A DNA stretch of 64,000 bases from Acidobacteriota bacterium (GCA_026707325.1 JAPOXA010000082.1:14026-78025), one strand, 5' to 3'; shown: positions 47,667 through 56,607, numbered from the stretch's first letter. Program-made: numbers and translations. The notes: a model not told the origin generated them from the sequence alone.

Positions 47667-48263
47667 ATGCCTGACACGAGACAAGTCCACGAGCTGCTGG
47701 CACAGATCGACCGCGGCGAGATCCTCCTGCCCGAGTTCCAGCGCGGCTACGTCTGGCGACGCGACCAGGTTCGCGGGCTGGTGCAGTCCATGTACCGGCG
47801 GCACCCGACCGGGCATCTGTTGATCTGGAAGACCTACAAGCCGTCCAAGGTGCGCGGCGCCAAGGCGTCAGAGGAAGGAAGTTCCCTTCTACTGCTCGAC
47901 GGCCAGCAACGGCTGACCTCGCTCTACACCCTCTTCGAAGGCAAGCCACCGCCGTTCTACGAGGGCGAGTCCCTCTTCTTCGACCTCCACTTCAACGTGC
48001 AGACCCAAGAGTTTCGCTTCTACCAGAAGTCGCAGATGCTCAACAATCCGGCTTGGGTCAGCGTTCACGACTTTCTGGGACAGGGCCTTGGGACCTTCGT
48101 CAGCGGCCTTCACACCATGGCGAAGGAGCGCCGGGAAACGCTGGAACCGAACCTGGCACGGCTCGCCGACCTCGATGGCATCCGCAACTACACCTACGCC
48201 GTCGACCATGTCTCCGACGAGGACTACACCGTCGAGGAATCGTCGGCATCTTCAACCGCGTGA
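47667..48263 (+). pseudogene. DUF262 (GmrSD N-terminal, ParB-like) domain, 5' fragment of a frameshifted gene
   Basis: The ATG at 47667 has GGAGA 5 nt upstream; an alternative ATG is at 47655. Family blocks are LLPEFQRGYVW and LLDGQQRLTSL. This frame ends at 48263, but the homology continues in the -1 frame from about 48236. Confidence 0.8.
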
Positions 48264-49780
48264 ACAGCGCCGGAACGCCGCTGACCAAGGCGGACCTGGC
48301 GATCGCGCATATCTGCAGCCTGTGGCCCGAGGCGCGTGGCGAGTTCCGCGCTTTCAGCGCGAAACTGGGAGACAACGGCTTCCCGTTCGACCTCGACTTT
48401 CTCGTCCGCTGCCTGGCCGGAGTTGCGACCGGGTCCGTTCTGCTCGAAGGGTCCTTTCTGCGAACCCCAGCCGAAACGCTCCAGAAGGGCTGGGCACGGC
48501 TTCAGCCAGCGCTCGAGCACCTGGTGGGCGTGCTGCGCCACGAAGCGCTGGTCTCCAGCCCGCGCGACCTGCCGACGACGACCATGCTCATACCAGCGAC
48601 CGTGTACCTCGCGCGGCAGGGCGGTCGGTTTCCCAGCGAGGCCATCCGCCGCCGGTTCATCCGCTGGATGTTCCTCGCCGCCTTGTGGGCCCGCTACTCC
48701 GGCTCCGCCGAGACCAAGCTCCAGCAGGACGTGGCCCTGGTCGCAAACGGTGACCCGGATCCGGTCCCCGAACTGGAAGCGGCCATCCTTCGCGAGCGCG
48801 GCCGCGTCGTCCTGGAAGAGGGCGACCTCGACCGGGCGACTGTCATTTCCGCCGTCGCCTATCTGGTGCGCATAGTCGCACGGCACCGAAACGCCCGCGA
48901 CTGGTTCACCGGTGTCCACGTCTACGACCGCGCTACAGGTCGAAGCGCCGGCGGGGAACGACACCACGTCTTCCCGAAGAAGATCCTGGAGCAGGCCGGC
49001 ATGACGGACACCCGGCGCATCAACGCTGTGGCGAACCGCGTTCTCCTGACCCGGAAGCCCCCCCTGGAGATCCGCAAGTCCTCTCCCGCGGACTATCTGC
49101 CCCACGTGCATGAGACCCAGCCCGACGCCCTGCGAGCCCAGTCCGTCCCGTTAGACCCGGAACTGTGGGAACCGGAGAACTTCCTCGACTTCCTGGCCGC
49201 GCGGCGCGGGTTGCTGGCCGAAGCAGCCAACGAGTTCATCGCCTCCTGGCTGCCGCCCAAGGGCGCCGACCCGCACAGCGAGCAGTACGTCCGGGAGCTC
49301 ATCGCAAGCGGCGAGAGCGACGCACTGGAGTTCAAGTCCAGCCTGCGCTGGGACCTAACCGAACAGCGAGTGAACAAGACGGTCGAACTCATGACGATCA
49401 AGAGCGTGGCCGGCTTCCTGAACAACGACGGCGGCACCCTGCTGATCGGCGTCGGCGACGACGGAGAGCCTCTCGGCCTTCAGCGCGACTTCGAGACCCT
49501 GAGCAAGAAGCCCGATCGCGACGGTTTCGAACTCCACCTACAGCAGCTCTTCATCCGGACCTTCGGCGAGGCGACCGCCTCGTCCTTCCTCACCGTGAAC
49601 TTCCACCAGATCGACGGCCGAAACATCTGCCAGGTGACGGTGGAGCCAAGCGATCATCCGGTCTATGTAGAGCAGAAGGGCCAGCAGGCAGCGTTCTGGC
49701 TGCGCGTGGGCAACGCGACGCGGTCCCTGCCGATCAACGAGGCGGTGCGCCACATCCAGACCCGCTGGAGCGGCAGGTGA
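48236..49780 (+). pseudogene. 3' fragment: remainder of DUF262, DUF1524/HNH-like region and C-terminal AlbA_2 (Schlafen-type) domain
   Basis: GIVGIFNRVNSAGTPLTKADL completes DUF262. The HNH-like block is ERHHVFPKKIL...NAVANRVLL. The AlbA_2-like block is ESDALEFKSSL...VAGFLNNDGGTLLIGVGDDGEPLG. Confidence 0.8.
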
Positions 49781-49799
49781 GCCGGCCGGAAGCGGGCTG

Positions 49800-50444
49800 A
49801 TGGCGCCCCCAGATCGCCTTACCCGCCACGCCCAGGAGAGAATCGGCGACCGGCTGTCAACGGCGCCCGACGAGGTGGCCGCGATCCTCGATCACGATCT
49901 TGCAGTTCTCCTGGGCACGGACTCCGGACGCCTTCACCGCTTGTTCTTCAGCCCTGCCGATGAGCAGTGCTTCGTAGCGGTTCAGGACCAAGAGAAGGGA
50001 GATGTCGTCACGATTCTCCCGCTTGACTACCACTCGTCGCTGGCATGGGAGGTCCCCCTTGAAGCGCAGGAAAGGGCCGAGCTCTTGCTGCTGGGCTCGA
50101 AGCGCTCTGCCGCGCAGGCGGCTGAGAGAGAGGAGCCGCCATCTGACCCGGAGCCTCCCAACGCCACCACGACCGGTGGTGAGTCGGCTGGCTCGGGCAC
50201 GTTTCGTATTCGCTGCTACGTCCTCACACCAGACGGTCAGATACGTGGTCGGGGTCTGGGCTCGATGCCTCTTGCCAGGGTGGGTGGCGATCTTTCCGTC
50301 GTCCCCAAGTTCGACGACGTACTGGCGGAGATTCGTCAACGCGTCGAAGAGACTCTTCAGCAGGATGAGATGCTTGAACTTGTGTTTGTCACCCGGCGCG
50401 ACGAGACGGTAACCATCGACGACTCCAGGCGATGGGGTCGATGA
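49800..50444 (+). CDS. Hypothetical protein (two small globular halves joined by a Pro/Glu/Thr linker)
   Basis: The ATG is 20 nt after the preceding stop, on the same strand, with good GC3 bias. The N-terminus RLTRHAQERIGDRLS...DVVTILPL weakly recalls DUF4258-type small toxins. No confident family assignment is possible. Confidence 0.55.
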   Translation: MAPPDRLTRHAQERIGDRLSTAPDEVAAILDHDLAVLLGTDSGRLHRLFFSPADEQCFVAVQDQEKGDVVTILPLDYHSSLAWEVPLEAQERAELLLLGSKRSAAQAAEREEPPSDPEPPNATTTGGESAGSGTFRIRCYVLTPDGQIRGRGLGSMPLARVGGDLSVVPKFDDVLAEIRQRVEETLQQDEMLELVFVTRRDETVTIDDSRRWGR

Positions 50445-50508
50445 GGCGGTCTCGGGCCGAAGCGCTTTCGAGGGCCGAGGCGGTCGTTCGCTGTGCGGAG
50501 GACAACCT

Positions 50509-51423
50509 GTGACGGCCTCTGGAATCCCCCGCGAGTGCAGGCGCCTAGCGGAGGTCGACTTCCCCATCGCCGAGGTGTCGAGGCACGCGGCCCGCGAGAA
50601 GTCGATCCGGCATGGCCACCCCTCCACTCTCCACCTGTGGTGGGCTCGGCGGCCTCTGGCATCGAGCCGGGCGGTACTCCTCGCCCTACTCCTGCCTGAC
50701 CCGTGCGACGAGCACTGCCCAGAGGAGTTCAAGCGCCGGGCGCGCGAGTTCCTGAGCCCGGTTCGGCAACCGCCAAAGACTGACGTCGAACTCAGAAAGG
50801 CGCTGCTCTGGTTCATCGGCTCGTTCGCCAACTGGGACATGGCCGCCCACAAGACCTACTTGCAGGTGGGCCGGAATCTGGTGCGAGCGGCCCACGGCGG
50901 AGACGATCCGCCCCTGGTGGTCGACCCGTTCGCCGGCGGCGGCTCCATCCCCCTGGAGGCCCTCCGCCTCGGCTGCGACGCCTTCGCCTCGGACCTGAAC
51001 CCGGTCGCCTGCCTGATTCTCAAGGTGATGCTGGAGGACATTCCGCGCCACGGCCCGGGTCTGGCCGACGAACTCCGTCGCGTCGGCGGCGAGATCAAGG
51101 CGGCGGCCCAGCAGGAACTGGCCGACCTCTACCCGCCCGACCCGGACGGCGCCACGCCCATCGCCTACCTCTGGGCGCGCACGGTGCGCTGCGAGGCGCC
51201 GAACTGCGGCGCGGAGATCCCGCTGATGCGCTCGTTCTGGCTGTGCAGGAAGCCGAAGCGCAAGTGGGCCCTCCGGCCGACGGTCGTGCGTCGGACCGCG
51301 TCGACCGGGCACTCGACTGGCGGCCCCGGATCTGCTAAGGCTACCCAGAGCCCAGAGCCCAGAGCCCAGAGCCCAGAGCCCAGAGCCCAGAGCCGAGTTC
51401 GAGATCTACGAGCCGCGTGCTGA
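50509..51423 (+). CDS. DUF1156 adenine-specific DNA methyltransferase, N-terminal part (frame broken at heptanucleotide repeat)
   Basis: The GTG start has GGAGGA 7 nt upstream. The DUF1156 block is EVDFPIAEVSRHAAREKSIRHGHPSTLHLWWARRP. SAM motif I is VVDPFAGGGSIPLEA. The first Zn-knuckle is CEAPNC. The frame runs through the repeat and stops at 51423. Confidence 0.88.
   Translation: MTASGIPRECRRLAEVDFPIAEVSRHAAREKSIRHGHPSTLHLWWARRPLASSRAVLLALLLPDPCDEHCPEEFKRRAREFLSPVRQPPKTDVELRKALLWFIGSFANWDMAAHKTYLQVGRNLVRAAHGGDDPPLVVDPFAGGGSIPLEALRLGCDAFASDLNPVACLILKVMLEDIPRHGPGLADELRRVGGEIKAAAQQELADLYPPDPDGATPIAYLWARTVRCEAPNCGAEIPLMRSFWLCRKPKRKWALRPTVVRRTASTGHSTGGPGSAKATQSPEPRAQSPEPRAQSRVRDLRAAC
51344..51392 (+). 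repeat. Perfect tandem heptanucleotide repeat (CCCAGAG)x7 inside the methyltransferase gene
   Basis: Seven uninterrupted 7-nt units were read directly from the sequence. Three units make 21 nt and encode PEPRAQS in every phase. The two halves of the methyltransferase lie in different frames on either side. Confidence 0.97.
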
Positions 51424-53575
51424 CGAAGACGTAGCCGCCGGAACCGTCTCCCGCGCCCGGGCCACCTGCCTCTGCTGCGGCTCGGTGTTGCCGCCGGAGC
51501 GCGTCCGGGCGCAACTCTCGGCACAGCGTGGCGGCGCCGACGCCGTGTTCGACGAGGCCGGGAACCGCGTGGGCGGCGCGCGGCTGACCGCTGTGGTCAC
51601 CGTGCGGCCCGACGAGAAAGGGCGACACTACCGTCTGCCTACCGAAGAAGACTATGCGGCAGTGTACCGGGCACAAGAACTGGTGGCGGGTTCGTTGAGC
51701 GAGTGGGAGCGCGACGGCAAGCAGAATCTGTGCCCGGTGCCGGATGAGCCGCTACCGCCGGTCGGGACACTGGGCTTCCGCGTGCAGCGCTACGGCATGG
51801 CGCGGTGGGGCGACTTGTTCACGGCGAGGCAGAAGGCCACGTCGAACGGACTCGTCGACTTGCTGCTAAGGGCTAAGTGCCGAGTGCCCGATCAGGAACG
51901 ACTACTGGCCTGCTCCTTCAGTCGTATTGCGATGAGCAACATGTCCTGCACTCGATGGAACGCGGTCGCGGAGAAGATGCAGCACACCTTCGGGCGGCAA
52001 GCGCTGCCTATCGTCTGGGACTTCGCCGAAGTGGTCGTCACGGCCCCGGGGCCCGGAAACTGGGAGAGCGCCTACCGGCTGCCCAGTGACATTGTAGAGG
52101 CCGCATGTAGTCCAGAGCCTGGCCAAGTCCAACCCGCCGACGCCACCAACCACCCACTCCCAGACGAGACCGTCGGTGTCTGGTTCACCGACCCGCCCTA
52201 CTACGACGCCATCCCCTACTCGGACCTCTCCGACTTCTTTCTGGTCTGGCTGAAGCGCACTCTCCCGGGCCACCCGCTGCTTCGCGACCCGTTCGACTCG
52301 ACCAACCCGCTGTCGCCGAAGGCGGCCGAGGCGGTGCAGGACGAGACCAAGGAGGTCGACGGGCGCCCCAAGGACCGGGCGTGGTTCGAGGAGACGATGG
52401 CCCGCGCGTTCGCGGAGGGCCGGCGACTCCTGCGCCAGGACGGCGTCGGCGCCCTCGTCTTCGCCCACAAGACGACGGAGGGCTGGGAGGCGCTGCTCTC
52501 CGGGATGATCCGCGGCGGCTGGACCGTCACCGCGTCCTGGCCGCTCGCGACCGAGATGGGCTCCCGTCTGCGCGCTCGGGATTCCGCCGCTCTCGCGACC
52601 TCCATCCACCTGGTCTGCCGCCCCCGGCCCGAGGACGCGCCGGTCGGCGACTGGGCCGAGGTGCTCCGCAAGTTGCCCGTCCGCGTCGGCGACTGGATGG
52701 AGCGGCTGCAGGGCGAGGGCATTCGCGGCGCGGACCTGGTCTTTGCCTGCATCGGACCTGCCCTGGAGATCTTCAGCCGCTACTCGCGGGTCGAGATGGC
52801 GGACGGCAGTGAGGTGGGCCTGCCCGCATACCTGGAGAAGGTCTGGGAGGTGGTGGGCCGCACGGCGCTCGAGAACGTGCTGGGCGCGGCCGAGGCGAAG
52901 GCGCGAAACGGACTCGCCGGGGCGCTGGAAGAAGACGCTCGGCTGACCGCCCTGTTCCTGTGGACGCTGCAAACGACCTCCGCAGCCGACGACGGGGAGG
53001 GCACGAAAAAGGGCGGAAGTCCGCCAGAAACGGACCAACAACCGAGCGGTGTCGGCGCGAAGGGCTACTCACTGGCCTTCGACGTCGCGCGACGCTTCGC
53101 CCAGCCGCTCGGCATTGACCTGCCGAAGTGGGAGAAACGCATCGTCGAGACCAAGAAGGGCGTAGTCCGCCTGCTGCCCGTGTCCGAACGGGCGAAGCGC
53201 CTGTTCGGGGAAGGCGGCTCGGCGGCAGTGGCCAAGGCGCTGGAGCAACCGGGTGGGGCTCAACGCGACCTGTTCGCAGGAACCGCGGTGCAAGCAAGCG
53301 AACTCGCCGCGACACGAGGCGGCTTCCGCTCGTCGGCCGACGACCCGGACGCCGGCGCCGCCCCGGAGGAAGGCGCCACCACGCTCGATCGCGTCCACAC
53401 CGCGATGCTGCTACAGGCTGGCGGCCTCACCCATGCTTTGCGCAACCTTGTCGCCGCCGAACGGGAACGCAGCCCCGACTTCGAGCGCCTGGCGAACGCC
53501 CTCTCCGCGCTCTACCCGCGCGGCAGCGAAGAGAAACGACTGTTGGACGCCATGTTGCTCGTATCTCCCAGATAG
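51395..53575 (+). CDS. DUF1156 adenine-specific DNA methyltransferase, C-terminal part
   Basis: This frame is open from 51227. Homology resumes right after the repeat (EFEIYEPRADEDVAAGTVSRARATCLCCGSV, the second Zn-knuckle). Catalytic motif IV is FTDPPYYD. The first in-frame start codon is only GTG at 51485, so independent translation is unlikely. Confidence 0.85.
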   Translation, partial: EFEIYEPRADEDVAAGTVSRARATCLCCGSVLPPERVRAQLSAQRGGADAVFDEAGNRVGGARLTAVVTVRPDEKGRHYRLPTEEDYAAVYRAQELVAGSLSEWERDGKQNLCPVPDEPLPPVGTLGFRVQRYGMARWGDLFTARQKATSNGLVDLLLRAKCRVPDQERLLACSFSRIAMSNMSCTRWNAVAEKMQHTFGRQALPIVWDFAEVVVTAPGPGNWESAYRLPSDIVEAACSPEPGQVQPADATNHPLPDETVGVWFTDPPYYDAIPYSDLSDFFLVWLKRTLPGHPLLRDPFDSTNPLSPKAAEAVQDETKEVDGRPKDRAWFEETMARAFAEGRRLLRQDGVGALVFAHKTTEGWEALLSGMIRGGWTVTASWPLATEMGSRLRARDSAALATSIHLVCRPRPEDAPVGDWAEVLRKLPVRVGDWMERLQGEGIRGADLVFACIGPALEIFSRYSRVEMADGSEVGLPAYLEKVWEVVGRTALENVLGAAEAKARNGLAGALEEDARLTALFLWTLQTTSAADDGEGTKKGGSPPETDQQPSGVGAKGYSLAFDVARRFAQPLGIDLPKWEKRIVETKKGVVRLLPVSERAKRLFGEGGSAAVAKALEQPGGAQRDLFAGTAVQASELAATRGGFRSSADDPDAGAAPEEGATTLDRVHTAMLLQAGGLTHALRNLVAAERERSPDFERLANALSALYPRGSEEKRLLDAMLLVSPR

Positions 53576-53618
53576 CAAACAAGGCGAGAATCTGCCCGCT
53601 GAACATCCTGGAGAACCC

Positions 53619-56432
53619 ATGGCATCAGAACCCTGGTACAAGGTCGTCCAACCGCGGCGCGAGGTCCGGCAGGGCCGCTCGTTCAACCCGGACGAGTTCG
53701 CGATCGCGCTGGAGCAGGTCGTAGCAGGCACCGCGCCCGAGGACTACCGCGATGCCGAGGCGTTCTTCGCCCGTACGTGCTTCACGCGGGCACTGCGGGA
53801 ACACACAGCGATGGTCCTCCGGCGGCTCAGCGGAGAGACAGTGAACGCTGCGCCGGTGACGACCCTGGTAACCCAGTTCGGCGGCGGCAAGACTCACGCC
53901 CTGGCGTCGCTCTACCACCTGGTGCGGTCACCGGAGAAAGCGGAGAGCGTCGCCGAAGTAGGCAGCCTGTTGCAGGAGATCGGGCTGACCGAGATCCCAC
54001 ATGCTCGGGCGGGAGTGTTCGTCGGCAACGCCTGGGACCCGGGAGAGGGGCGCGAGACGCCGTGGATCGACCTGGCCCGGCAGCTTTCGGGCAGCGACGG
54101 TGTCGCCTGCCTCGGGCCTGCCGCCCGGACCACGCCGCCCGGTACCGAGGCGCTCGGCCGGGTGTTCCAGGCCGCCGGCAGGCCGGTCCTCCTGCTGTTC
54201 GACGAAGTACTCAACTTCGTCAACCGCCATCGCAGTATGGCCGACGCGTTTCACGCGTTCCTTCAGAACCTCACCGTTGCAATGACCGGCGCCACCCACG
54301 GTGCCGCGGTGATCAGCCTGCCGCGAAGCCAGGTCGAGATGACCGACTTCGACCTCATCTGGCAGGACCGGATCACCAAGGTCGTTCGCCGCGTGGCAAA
54401 GGACCTGATTGCCAACGACGAAGCGGAAGTCAGCGAGGTCGTTCGCCGTCGCCTGTTTGAATCGGATGGCGCTGAGCGTGTGCAAAGAAGGGTCTCGAAG
54501 GCTTACGCCGACTGGTGCTTCGAGCGCCGCGAGCGGCTGCCGCCCGAGTGGACGCTGGTGGACAGCACCACGGAGAAGAAAGCCCGCGAACACCTGCGGT
54601 CCCGCTTCGAAGCGTGTTACCCGTTTCACCCCGCCACCCTCTCCGTCTTCCAGCGCAAGTGGAACGCCCTGCCGCAGTTCCAGCAGACTCGCGGCACGCT
54701 CGCCATGCTGGCTCAGTGGGTTTCCTGGGCGCAGCGCGACGGCTACAGGGAAGCCCGGACCGAACCGCTGATTACCCTCGGGTCGGCGCCGCTGCACGAT
54801 CCGCACTTCGTGGCCGTCGTGCTCGGGCAACTCGGCGAGCCCAGGCTCGCCGGTGCCATCGACGTGGACATCGCCGGCGAACGGGCCCACGCCCGGGGAC
54901 TCGACCGGGATACGAAGGGACCGCTCCGCTCGATTCACCGACGCGTGGGCGCCGCGATCCTGTTCGAGTCGTCCGGCGGCCAGGTCGACAAGACGGCGCA
55001 CCTGCCGGAACTCCGGTTCGCGCTCGGCGAGCCGAACGTGGACACGACGTCGGTCGACTCAGCGGCTCTGGATCTCGAGCGGCGCGGCTACTTCGTTCGC
55101 CGGGTGGGAGGCGGCTTCCGCGTTCACCACCAGCCGACGATCCGCAAGGTGGTGAGCGACCGCCGAGCCGCACTGGACGAGCAGGACGAGATCCGACCGG
55201 CTGTACGCAACCTGGTGAAGGAGGAGTTCGACCGCCGCGCCGCGATTCCCCGGGTGTTCTTTCCTGAAGACGGCGCCGCGGTGCCGGATTCACAGAAGCT
55301 GACCCTCGTTGTCATCGACCCGGAAGCTGCGTGGACGGGCGAAGACGCAAGCGATCTGCGTGGGCGGATCGTCCGGTGGACCCGCGAGCGCGGCAGTGCG
55401 CCCCGCCTGTATCCCGGCGCTCTGATCTGGGCCGTCAAGAAGCCCGGCCGCGAACTCCGCGACCGGGTGGAGCAGTGGCTGGCCTGGAAGCGCGTCGACG
55501 AAGAGGTCCGGGGCGGCACGCTGGGCGCGGAGATCGACGGCTCCGAAAGAGCCGCCCTCGCCAAGAACCTGCGCGACGCCGAGCACGCGGCAAAAGAGGA
55601 GGTGGGGGGCGCCTACCGCTTCCTCCTCTATGCGGACGGCGCCGAGCCGGACCGCATCGCGGTCATCGACCTGGGCGCGGGCCACTCCGGCAGTGCCGAC
55701 AGCCTTTGCGGACGCGCACTGGCGGCGCTCCGGTCGCGCGGCCTGCTGAACGACTCGGTGGGTGCCAGCTACGTCGAGCGCAACTGGCCGCCAGCCAACA
55801 GCGAGACTGGCGCATGGCCTCTGTCGATGCTGCGAAAGTGCTTCCTCGACGGGTCGCTCACCCGGTTGATCGACCCGGAGGCGGTCCTGCGAAGCAGCAT
55901 CGTCGAGTGGGTCGCGGATGGCGAGTTCGGGCTCAGCTCGGGCGGCGACGGTGAAGGCTTGCTGTATGTGCCGGAGCGTGTCTGGTACCGGGAGCCCGTT
56001 CCTCCCGAGGAGGTCATGTTCGATCCAGATATCTGCCTGCTGAAGAGGAAGGTCGCCGAACGGCTGCAAGCGGCTGAAGGCGAACCGCAGAGCGACCGGG
56101 AGATGGAACAGCACAAGGGCCAGGGCTTCGAGCTTGCCGTCGGCGGACCGTCCGAAGCGGTCGGTAGCTCGACACCGGTCGAACCGGAGGGCGCGACGAG
56201 CACTGTGCGGCTACGCCTGGAAGGCGAGATCCCGTCGGGCGCCTGGAACCGCGTTGGCCTCAAGCTGCTGCCAAGGCTGCGGGCCACCGCCAACCGCGAC
56301 CTGACCGCATACGTCCGGCTGGAGGCGGCAACCGACGGCGCCGCCGCCGACGCCCTCGTCAGGGACCTCCGGCGCGCGTTGGACGACCTGAATCTCGCCG
56401 ACCACGTCCGCATTGAGAGCGAGCCGGACTAG
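53619..56432 (+). CDS. DUF499 domain ATPase (COG1483-like)
   Basis: The ATG at 53619 has GGAGA upstream. The N-terminus MASEPWYKVVQPRREV...FARTCFTRAL is typical. The P-loop is TQFGGGKTHALASLYHL. The track N-terminal extension to 53253 overlaps the methyltransferase 3' end. Confidence 0.85.
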   Translation: MASEPWYKVVQPRREVRQGRSFNPDEFAIALEQVVAGTAPEDYRDAEAFFARTCFTRALREHTAMVLRRLSGETVNAAPVTTLVTQFGGGKTHALASLYHLVRSPEKAESVAEVGSLLQEIGLTEIPHARAGVFVGNAWDPGEGRETPWIDLARQLSGSDGVACLGPAARTTPPGTEALGRVFQAAGRPVLLLFDEVLNFVNRHRSMADAFHAFLQNLTVAMTGATHGAAVISLPRSQVEMTDFDLIWQDRITKVVRRVAKDLIANDEAEVSEVVRRRLFESDGAERVQRRVSKAYADWCFERRERLPPEWTLVDSTTEKKAREHLRSRFEACYPFHPATLSVFQRKWNALPQFQQTRGTLAMLAQWVSWAQRDGYREARTEPLITLGSAPLHDPHFVAVVLGQLGEPRLAGAIDVDIAGERAHARGLDRDTKGPLRSIHRRVGAAILFESSGGQVDKTAHLPELRFALGEPNVDTTSVDSAALDLERRGYFVRRVGGGFRVHHQPTIRKVVSDRRAALDEQDEIRPAVRNLVKEEFDRRAAIPRVFFPEDGAAVPDSQKLTLVVIDPEAAWTGEDASDLRGRIVRWTRERGSAPRLYPGALIWAVKKPGRELRDRVEQWLAWKRVDEEVRGGTLGAEIDGSERAALAKNLRDAEHAAKEEVGGAYRFLLYADGAEPDRIAVIDLGAGHSGSADSLCGRALAALRSRGLLNDSVGASYVERNWPPANSETGAWPLSMLRKCFLDGSLTRLIDPEAVLRSSIVEWVADGEFGLSSGGDGEGLLYVPERVWYREPVPPEEVMFDPDICLLKRKVAERLQAAEGEPQSDREMEQHKGQGFELAVGGPSEAVGSSTPVEPEGATSTVRLRLEGEIPSGAWNRVGLKLLPRLRATANRDLTAYVRLEAATDGAAADALVRDLRRALDDLNLADHVRIESEPD

Positions 56433-56607
56433 GGGCCGCCGCTCGGGTGTCCATCTCTAGAGCGAGACGGTCACGCGACTTCGAGCGGACGAATGGCACG
56501 CAAGGCGTCGGCGTTCTCCCGCGCTACAACTTCGAACTCGTAGCAGAACCTCACCAAGTGGACTGGATCAGGGCGTTGCACCGAACCGGCCACTTGGGCC
56601 TCCTCAG

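Noticed and set aside
51344-51392. Whether the repeat could be a CRISPR-like array, a collagen-like structural repeat or a simple low-complexity coding insert with no regulatory meaning.
   Set aside because: The units are contiguous 7-mers without spacers, so this is not CRISPR. The frame on the two sides differs, so in the present copy number it is not a harmless in-frame peptide repeat. The phase-variation reading is kept as a finding, with assembly artefact as the stated alternative.
53253-53618. N-terminal extension of the DUF499 ORF, overlapping the 3' end of the methyltransferase.
   Set aside because: The conserved DUF499 N-terminus begins at MASEPWYKVV (ATG 53619, GGAGA RBS). The extension overlaps a better-supported coding frame.
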